Shown here piece after piece: positions 58,338-64,000 of a stretch of DNA of 64,000 nt. The position numbers and the translations under genes are program-made. The notes beneath the pieces were generated by a model that was not told the origin of the DNA, made no database searches, and saw only the letters and a list, made by a program, of their open reading frames with translations. The stretch spans positions 43,254 to 107,253 of the forward strand of contig JAXLYZ010000005.1 in assembly GCA_046351155.1 (NCBI GenBank). The letters run 5' to 3'. The stretch's first letter is position 1; the number at the start of each line of letters is the position of its first letter. This DNA is from Myxococcota bacterium. GTDB taxonomy: Bacteria; Myxococcota_A; UBA9042; PHBI01.

Positions 58338-60434
58338 TCACAGCGACGGCAGCCCGGGGATCTGCGACTTGCCCTCGAGCACCTGGATGCTCGAGCCGGC
58401 GAAGTCGTCCTTGGTCATGGGCTGGTAGGTCCCGCCGAGGTGCGCCGACAGGAACGACTCGGCCACCGCGAAGAAGGCGAGGCTGTTCTCCGGCCGCGCG
58501 AAGCCGTGGCCCTCGTCGGGGAAGAGCACGTAGCTCACCGGGATGCCGCGCGCCTTCATGGCGCTGACGATCTGATCGGACTCGGCCTTGTTGACGCGCG
58601 GGTCGTTGGCGCCCTGGCCGATGAGCAGCGGGCGCTTGATGGCCGCCACGTGGGTGAGCGGCGACACGGCGGTGAGCGCGGCCTTCCCGTCCTCGGTCTG
58701 CCAATCTCCCATGCGCGTCCGGAATTGGGCAATCGCCGGCGCCCAATAGGGCGGAATCGTCGCCAGCAGCGTGAGCAGGTTCGACGGGCCGACGATGTCG
58801 ACGCCGCAGGCGAACACGTCGGGCGTCAGCGTGAGGCCGGCCAGCGTGGCGTAGCCGCCATACGAGCCGCCCATGATGGCGATCTGGTCGCGCGGCGCGA
58901 TCTGCTGCAGCACCGCCCAGTTCACGGCGTCGAGCAGGTCGTCGTGCATCTTCTTGCCCCACTGCAGATTGCCGGCATTGACAAACGATTTGCCAAATCC
59001 GGTCGAGCCGCGGTAGTTCACCTGCAGCACGGCGTAGCCGCGGTTGGCGAGCATCTGCACGAGGCCCGAGTAGCTCCAGCCGTCGCGCGCCCACGGCCCG
59101 CCGTGGACCAGCAGCACCAGCGGGCCGGGGCTGTTGGCCTTGCCGTCGCCGTCGGGGTCGGCCGCCAGCGGCAGCGTCAGGTACGACACCAGGTCGAGCC
59201 CGTCGCGGCTCTTGATGACGACCGGGTTCATGTGGGCGAGCTTCAGCTTGTCGAGCTCGGGGCGGGCCGAGAAGAGGAAGGTGGCCTTCTTGGCGCGGCG
59301 CTCCCAGGTGTAGTAGGCGGCCGGCTGCACGTCGCTGCGGAAGACGACCACCCAGGTGCGGTCGTCGAGGGTGCGCGACACGACCGAGAAGGCGCCCGGC
59401 GCGACCTTCGCGAGCGCGTCGAAGTCGCCCTGCAGGCTCTTGTCGAGCACCTGCCAGCGCGGCTTGTCGTAGTCGAAGCGCACCGCCTGGACGGTGGCCT
59501 TGGTCGGGTGCATGAGCAGCTCGGCCACGTCGGCGTGGGGGTCCTCGGCGGCGAGGCGCGCCTTGCCGGTGGCCATGTCGACCTCGAAGAGGGCGCCGGT
59601 GTCGCGCTTGCGCGAGTCGATGAGGTGGAGCGTCTTGCCGCTGGCGTCGAAGCCGCTCGGGTCGGTGGTGAGCGAGTCCTCGGGCGGGATCTCCAGCAGG
59701 AAGGGCTTCTTGCCCTTGGCCGGCGCGAGGTCGCTCACGAGCGAGCTGCCGTCGTCCTTCATCTCGACGGCGAGGCGCACGTTCAGGTCCTCGTCGATGA
59801 CGAAGCCCGCGTACTTCGTGTTCTCGAGCACCTTCGTGCGCGCGCCGCTGGCGAGGTCGATGGAGTAGACGTCGTGGTACTTCGGGTCGCGGTCGTTGAG
59901 CCCGACCAGCACCACGCCGGGCTTCTTCGACGAGGCCGCGAACAGCTCGGCGCGCGTCTTCTCGAGCGGCGTGAGGTCGACGTCACCGCCGGCCACGACG
60001 TCGACGCGGTGGAGGTGGAAGTTCTCGTCGCCGCCGGCATCCTGCATGTAGAGGACGTGGGTGCCGTCGAAGGCCCAGCGGTAGGTGCGCACCGGCCGCG
60101 TGTGATCGGCGGTGACGGCCTTGGCCTGCGTGAGGTCCTTCCGCGGCGCGACCCACAGGTTGAGCACGCCGTCGCTCGGCGCGAGCCAGGCCAGGAACTT
60201 CCCGTCCGGGCTCATGGTGACGTTGGTGCGCTCGGGGTTCCCGAAGAACGTCTTGCGCGGGATGAGGTCGTTCGATGGATGCCCGACGGCCGCGGCCGGC
60301 TCGGGCGTCGTCGGCGTCGGCGTGGGCTTCGAGACCGGATCGGGCGTCGCCTTCGTCTCGGGCGTGCTCCCGCACGCGGACGCGACGAGGCAGAGCAGCG
60401 CGGGCAGACCGCGCAGGAACGGGGTGAGCTTCAT
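58338..60434 (-). CDS. Prolyl oligopeptidase family (S9) peptidase lipoprotein
   Basis: Lipobox LCLVASACG. N-terminal beta-propeller region. Catalytic Ser in GGSYGGY, plus the Asp and His blocks (GANDPRV, DEGHGF). Confidence 0.85.
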   Translation of the reverse strand: MKLTPFLRGLPALLCLVASACGSTPETKATPDPVSKPTPTPTTPEPAAAVGHPSNDLIPRKTFFGNPERTNVTMSPDGKFLAWLAPSDGVLNLWVAPRKDLTQAKAVTADHTRPVRTYRWAFDGTHVLYMQDAGGDENFHLHRVDVVAGGDVDLTPLEKTRAELFAASSKKPGVVLVGLNDRDPKYHDVYSIDLASGARTKVLENTKYAGFVIDEDLNVRLAVEMKDDGSSLVSDLAPAKGKKPFLLEIPPEDSLTTDPSGFDASGKTLHLIDSRKRDTGALFEVDMATGKARLAAEDPHADVAELLMHPTKATVQAVRFDYDKPRWQVLDKSLQGDFDALAKVAPGAFSVVSRTLDDRTWVVVFRSDVQPAAYYTWERRAKKATFLFSARPELDKLKLAHMNPVVIKSRDGLDLVSYLTLPLAADPDGDGKANSPGPLVLLVHGGPWARDGWSYSGLVQMLANRGYAVLQVNYRGSTGFGKSFVNAGNLQWGKKMHDDLLDAVNWAVLQQIAPRDQIAIMGGSYGGYATLAGLTLTPDVFACGVDIVGPSNLLTLLATIPPYWAPAIAQFRTRMGDWQTEDGKAALTAVSPLTHVAAIKRPLLIGQGANDPRVNKAESDQIVSAMKARGIPVSYVLFPDEGHGFARPENSLAFFAVAESFLSAHLGGTYQPMTKDDFAGSSIQVLEGKSQIPGLPSL

Positions 60435-60495
60435 GGTCCCTCCTGGCTGTGAGCGCGCATCCCCGGCGCGCGACGCCGCGGCCATAGCACGATTC

Positions 60496-62520
60496 TCAGC
60501 GCGCGCGGAGCGCGATCCCCGGCGCCAGCTCGCGCCCCCACAGCCGGGCGCGACGACCGTCGTGCGCCACCGGCGAGCGCGGCGCCGGGCGCCTCACGAC
60601 GCCGCGGATGTGCCAGCCCGGACCGTCGAGGCGCAGCGCCAGCGCGGGCCCCGTCGCCTGACCTCCGGTTCGCGCGGCGCGCAGGCGCAGCGCGCCCGGC
60701 GCGCGACCGGCCCGGTGCGCGCGCGCGCTCGCCGGCTCACCGACGATCGCCACGTGCAGGTCGGCCTCCAGCGGCGCGAGCCAGCGCACCTCGGCCTCGG
60801 GCTCCGCAGCGTCCGACCAGCTCACGCTGACCGGCAGGCGCGCCGAGCGACACAGCGGATCGCGGCTCGGATACGGGTAGTGGAGCGCCGGCTCGGTCAC
60901 CGCGTCGACATCGCCGGGCGCGACGACCCCGCCGCAGACCAGCGCGTCGAGGAAGTCGGCGAGGTGCGGCGCGCTGATACCCGTGCTCTGGAACGGCACG
61001 GGGTTGCCCTGGTCGTCGAGCCCGTCCCAGGTGCGCCGGAGGTAGCCGCGCAGGAACGGCGCGACGGTCATGCGCGGCGAGGCGAGCGCGGCCAGCATGT
61101 GGTCGACGTCGCTGCGATCGCCGAGCGCCAGCAGCATGCGCGCGACCTCGTTCTCGTCGATGCGCTGCTCGAGCCCGAGCGCGGCGTCCGGCCGGACCAG
61201 CGGCTGACCGGACGAGGTGGTGGCCGCGTCGAAGTCGATCCACAGGAAGAGGCCGCCCTGCTTGTCGTAGTAGTAGCGCTCGCCGCGCGCCAGCGAGCTG
61301 AACCAGGTCGCGAAGCCCTCGGACCAGGCCAGCCCGGGGTGCGCCGGGACGCCGAAGACGTGGGTGCCGCCCTCGCCCGGCGAGACGCCGTAGGTCGACA
61401 TGACCCAGTGGCCGAGCTCGTGGGCGAGCACGGCGCCGCTCCAGTAGCCCTCGTCGGCGCCGCCGCTCACGAAGATCTGGTTCCGCGCGGCGAGGTCGCC
61501 GCCCTGCCACGGCAGGTCGACGAAGCAGGCCCCGCAGGTCCAGTCGACGCCCAGCCCGAGCCAGAACGCGAGCGAGGTCCCGGCGCGGAAGCCGAAGAAC
61601 GACTCGGCGAAGTCGTAGACGGCGGTGAGGTAGGAGAAGGCGAAGGCGGCGCCCGAGCCGGCGCCGACCGGCACGAAGACGCCGTCACCGCTGGCGATGT
61701 CGGCCACGGTCCAGGTCCAGTACCACGGCGACCCCTGGCCGAGATCGGCGTCGATGTCCCAGCCGCCCGCCCCGAGCATCGGATCGAACAGGCCATACGC
61801 CAGCGAGCCGTCGTCCGCCGCCCGCAGCGCGAACGCGGCGAGGTAGTCGTCGCCGTCGATGGCGTCGGCGCGCACGGTCCGGAGCGCGAAGCTGGCCAAG
61901 TCGTCGCCGCTCGTCGTGGTGGCGTCGAGCACCTCGCCGTCGGCGAAGGACACGATGAGGAAGCCGCGCCCCGGCAAGGACTGCGTCGTCGCATCCCAGT
62001 CGTCGAAGTCGGCGTTGGGCACCCGCGCCTCGAACGACAGCGTCCCCTCGTAGCGCACGAGCGGCAGGTCGGGCAGGCATCCCGCGCCGAGCAGGTTCGA
62101 GGCGCAGCCCTGGTCGCAGCTCGTCTCGCGCCAGCTCCCGCCGTTGCAGGCCGCCAGCCGATCGCCGTGGCACTCGCGCGCGCCGTCGGCGCACTCGGCC
62201 ACCAGCACGCAGCTCGCCGCGCCACCCGACTCGCGACAGTCGTGGCCAGCGCCGCAGGGCACGCTCGTGACGAACGGCTGGCTGCTGCCGGTGCCGACGA
62301 CGCACAGCTCGAGGCTGTCGCCGACGCAGCGCCCGCCGGTGGGCACGCCGCCGCAGGGATCGGCCGCCGCGTCCGCTGGCGCGGTCGTGTCGTCGGACCC
62401 GACCGCGTCGGGCGCCGCGGTGTCCGTGGCGGTCGTCGGGTCGGGCGGCTCGTCGCTGCCGCCGTGGTCGCAGGCGCCGAGGGCGAGGCAGGAGAGGAAG
62501 GCCAGGCGCTGGTGGGTCAT
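60496..62520 (-). CDS. Zinc metalloprotease-like lipoprotein (HExxH)
   Basis: RBS GGAGAC. Start MTHQRLAFLSCLALGACDHGG. Cys-rich N-terminal region. AHELGHW. The C-terminal tail of about 100 aa is Arg-rich and may not be real. Confidence 0.6.
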   Translation of the reverse strand: MTHQRLAFLSCLALGACDHGGSDEPPDPTTATDTAAPDAVGSDDTTAPADAAADPCGGVPTGGRCVGDSLELCVVGTGSSQPFVTSVPCGAGHDCRESGGAASCVLVAECADGARECHGDRLAACNGGSWRETSCDQGCASNLLGAGCLPDLPLVRYEGTLSFEARVPNADFDDWDATTQSLPGRGFLIVSFADGEVLDATTTSGDDLASFALRTVRADAIDGDDYLAAFALRAADDGSLAYGLFDPMLGAGGWDIDADLGQGSPWYWTWTVADIASGDGVFVPVGAGSGAAFAFSYLTAVYDFAESFFGFRAGTSLAFWLGLGVDWTCGACFVDLPWQGGDLAARNQIFVSGGADEGYWSGAVLAHELGHWVMSTYGVSPGEGGTHVFGVPAHPGLAWSEGFATWFSSLARGERYYYDKQGGLFLWIDFDAATTSSGQPLVRPDAALGLEQRIDENEVARMLLALGDRSDVDHMLAALASPRMTVAPFLRGYLRRTWDGLDDQGNPVPFQSTGISAPHLADFLDALVCGGVVAPGDVDAVTEPALHYPYPSRDPLCRSARLPVSVSWSDAAEPEAEVRWLAPLEADLHVAIVGEPASARAHRAGRAPGALRLRAARTGGQATGPALALRLDGPGWHIRGVVRRPAPRSPVAHDGRRARLWGRELAPGIALRAR

Positions 62521-63175
62521 GCGGTCTCCGAGAGGGGGCTGGGGTGGCTGAGCGCGCCAGCCAGTGGCGCACGAGGTGGCGGTCGCGCGAGCCGACGATG
62601 GCGCTGCGACCGTGCAGGATGCGGCGGTTGTCGACGACGAGGACGTCGCCGGCGCTGAGGCGGAAATTCGCCACACGCTGGGCGCGCACCGCCGCCGCGA
62701 AGGCGTCGAAGGCGTCGCGCTCGGCCCCGGCCAGGTCGCCGGCGAGCCAGAAGGAGTAGTAGAAGAGCAGCCGATCGCCGCGCCGCTCGACCAACGCGTG
62801 CGTCTCCGCATCGCCCGGCCACAACGAGTGCTCGAACAGGCGAATCTTCGCCAGGTGCTCGCGCGCCGTGGGCGAGAGGCTCGCGAACGCCGCGCCGGCG
62901 TCGGCGAGCAGGGTCTCCCCGCCCTCGGAGGTCTGGCGCAGGCAGTGCCAGGCGATCCAGTCGGCGCGGTGATGGTCGGTGTGGAAGTCGAGCGCGCGGT
63001 CCGACGTCACCAGCGCGCGGCCCGGGCGCACGGCCACGTCGGTGCGATGGATGACGCGCGCGTCGAGCAGCGCGGGCAGGGCCTCGAACCCGGCGGCGCC
63101 GGCCGCCGGGATCAAGCTCCAGCCGCGCGTCTCGAGCTCGTCGAGGGCGGGCTCCAGACGAGCGGCCGGCCTCAT
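61685..63175 (-). CDS. TauD/TfdA-like 2OG-Fe(II) dioxygenase (probable lost stop; the conserved region ends near 62500)
   Basis: Motifs FHTDHH (HxD), VVDNRRILHGR (distal His/Arg). The ORF then reads about 270 further codons of low-complexity sequence across the downstream protease gene on the same strand. ATGA overlap with the upstream gene. Confidence 0.5.
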   Translation of the reverse strand: MRPAARLEPALDELETRGWSLIPAAGAAGFEALPALLDARVIHRTDVAVRPGRALVTSDRALDFHTDHHRADWIAWHCLRQTSEGGETLLADAGAAFASLSPTAREHLAKIRLFEHSLWPGDAETHALVERRGDRLLFYYSFWLAGDLAGAERDAFDAFAAAVRAQRVANFRLSAGDVLVVDNRRILHGRSAIVGSRDRHLVRHWLARSATPAPSRRPHDPPAPGLPLLPRPRRLRPRRQRRAARPDDRHGHRGARRGRVRRHDRASGRGGRSLRRRAHRRALRRRQPRAVRRRHRQQPAVRHERALRRWPRLSRVGWRGELRAGGRVRRRRARVPRRSAGGLQRRELARDELRPGLRLEPARRGMPARPAARALRGDAVVRGAGAQRRLRRLGCDDAVLAGARLPHRVLRRRRGARRHHDERRRLGQLRAPDRARRRHRRRRLPRRVRAAGGGRRLAGVWPVRSDARGGRLGHRRRSRPGVAVVLDLDRGRHRQR

Positions 63176-63681
63176 GCGGCCAACCGCTCGGCCGGCGCCA
63201 GCTCGATGCTGGAGCAGGCGTGCCAGCAGCGCCCGGAGCAGTCGTGCCAGCAGTTGGTGGCCGCGCCGCCGCCGGCGGCCATCGCGGCCGGGACGACATA
63301 GCTCTCGCCGAAGGCCGCGAGCCAGCGCGCCGCGGTGCGCTCGAAGCAGGCGATGAGCACCGGCTCCTCGTCGGCGGTCTGGCCGAAGCCACCGTCATGG
63401 TCGAGGACGGCGCCGAAGAGGCGCATGCAGTCCGCCTGATAGGCGCGCGGGCTGAGCATGTGCAGGTGCCAGATGAAGTCGATGTCGCGCGTCGGCGCGA
63501 TGGGCGTCGTCGGGCTCAGCCCCACCAGGTGGAGGAAGCGCCGGTAGCGCAGGATGGCCTGGGCGATGGCGGCGTCGTCCCAGTCGGACGGGAGCTGCTC
63601 GGAGCGGCGCGCCGCGCGCGCGAGGTCGACGGTCGGGTTCGGCAGCTCGACGGCCGCCGGCAGGCTGATCTCAGGGTGCAT
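63172..63681 (-). CDS. Hypothetical protein, possibly DUF1399 (GRDP-like)
   Basis: RBS GGAGG before ATG 63681. Block DIDFIWHLHMLSPRAYQADC resembles the WHxHxLxPxxYxxDC signature. Confidence 0.4.
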   Translation of the reverse strand: MHPEISLPAAVELPNPTVDLARAARRSEQLPSDWDDAAIAQAILRYRRFLHLVGLSPTTPIAPTRDIDFIWHLHMLSPRAYQADCMRLFGAVLDHDGGFGQTADEEPVLIACFERTAARWLAAFGESYVVPAAMAAGGGAATNCWHDCSGRCWHACSSIELAPAERLAA

Positions 63682-63874
63682 GGAGCCTCCTCCGCGGCGC
63701 GCCGCTCCGCGGACGTGACGCGGCGCCGAGCCGTCGTGGTCGGTCGCCGTGTGGCGCGCTGGGCCGAAGAGCAGCTTCCATGCCACGGCGCTCGAGCGCG
63801 CGGCGCGTCGCCGACCCTCGCTCGAGGCCCCGCGCTACGGCGGATTCTCGCCGCCCGGTGGCGGCGCCTCGCCG

Positions 63875-64000
63875 TCAGGCGTGACGGCTACGCGACCCGA
63901 GCTTGCGCCAGCGGTACTCGAAGGTCTTGCGCGCGAGCCCGAGCAGCTCGGCCGCCTTGGCCTTGTTGCCGCCGGTGCGCTCGAGCGCGAGCGCGAGCCA
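63875..64000 (-). CDS. Sigma-54-dependent transcriptional activator, C-terminal Fis-type HTH (partial; continues beyond the window)
   Basis: The minus-strand translation WLALALERTGGNKAKAAELLGLARKTFEYRWRKLG matches the NtrC-family C-terminal HTH. Confidence 0.5.
   Translation of the reverse strand, partial: WLALALERTGGNKAKAAELLGLARKTFEYRWRKLGSRSRHA

Noticed and set aside
60112-62658. 848-aa plus-strand ORF
   Set aside because: Antisense to the S9 peptidase and metalloprotease genes. The translation is Arg-rich noise.
1-64000. CRISPR arrays, tRNA/rRNA genes, IS elements/transposases, integrases
   Set aside because: I scanned the intergenic and low-coding regions. I found no spacer-repeat periodicity, no tRNA-like cloverleaf-sized conserved blocks and no transposase or integrase motifs (DDE, tyrosine recombinase R-H-R-Y). 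I annotate none of these.

Overview
This 64 kb window is a high-GC (about 70%+) bacterial chromosomal segment whose gene content looks like Myxococcota. It carries many predicted lipoproteins (LxxC lipoboxes), Cys-rich repeat proteins, a eukaryote-like Ser/Thr kinase fused to a STAND/TPR regulator, an ECF sigma/anti-sigma pair, two-component kinases, and a truncated sigma-54 activator at the 3-prime edge. I can support about 50 protein-coding genes and see no rRNA, tRNA or CRISPR array. Housekeeping and redox genes include ung, ogt, a TrmH-family methyltransferase, hflX, msrP, an msrQ fusion, pirin, an OYE flavoenzyme, an S9 peptidase, an erythromycin-esterase homolog and a HAD hydrolase.

The main finding is the region 21.7-35.5 kb. 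A RavA-like MoxR AAA+ ATPase operon sits on the minus strand, and its large downstream gene is broken by many frameshifts. Diverging from it on the plus strand, only about 50 bp away, is a translationally coupled four-gene operon: a K/E/P-T-rich intrinsically disordered protein with an unrecognised C-terminal globular domain, a small helical protein, a Ser/Thr kinase fused to STAND/TPR domains, and a tandem-AAA+ ATPase.

Other points of interest are an SNF2-family helicase gene carrying at least 8 frameshifts (a pseudogene) and a 75-bp near-perfect palindrome in a divergent intergenic region. There is also an ECF-sigma/anti-sigma/secreted caspase-like (C14) operon bracketed by lipoproteins that share a Cys module. 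Single-base frameshifts sit in otherwise intact genes, and two genes read through into their neighbours, which suggests assembly indels. Several short tandem coding repeats and localized islands of rare A/T-ending codons are also present.

The ORF-track coordinates include the stop codon, and I follow that convention here. All functional calls rest on motif recognition by eye. No database search was run.
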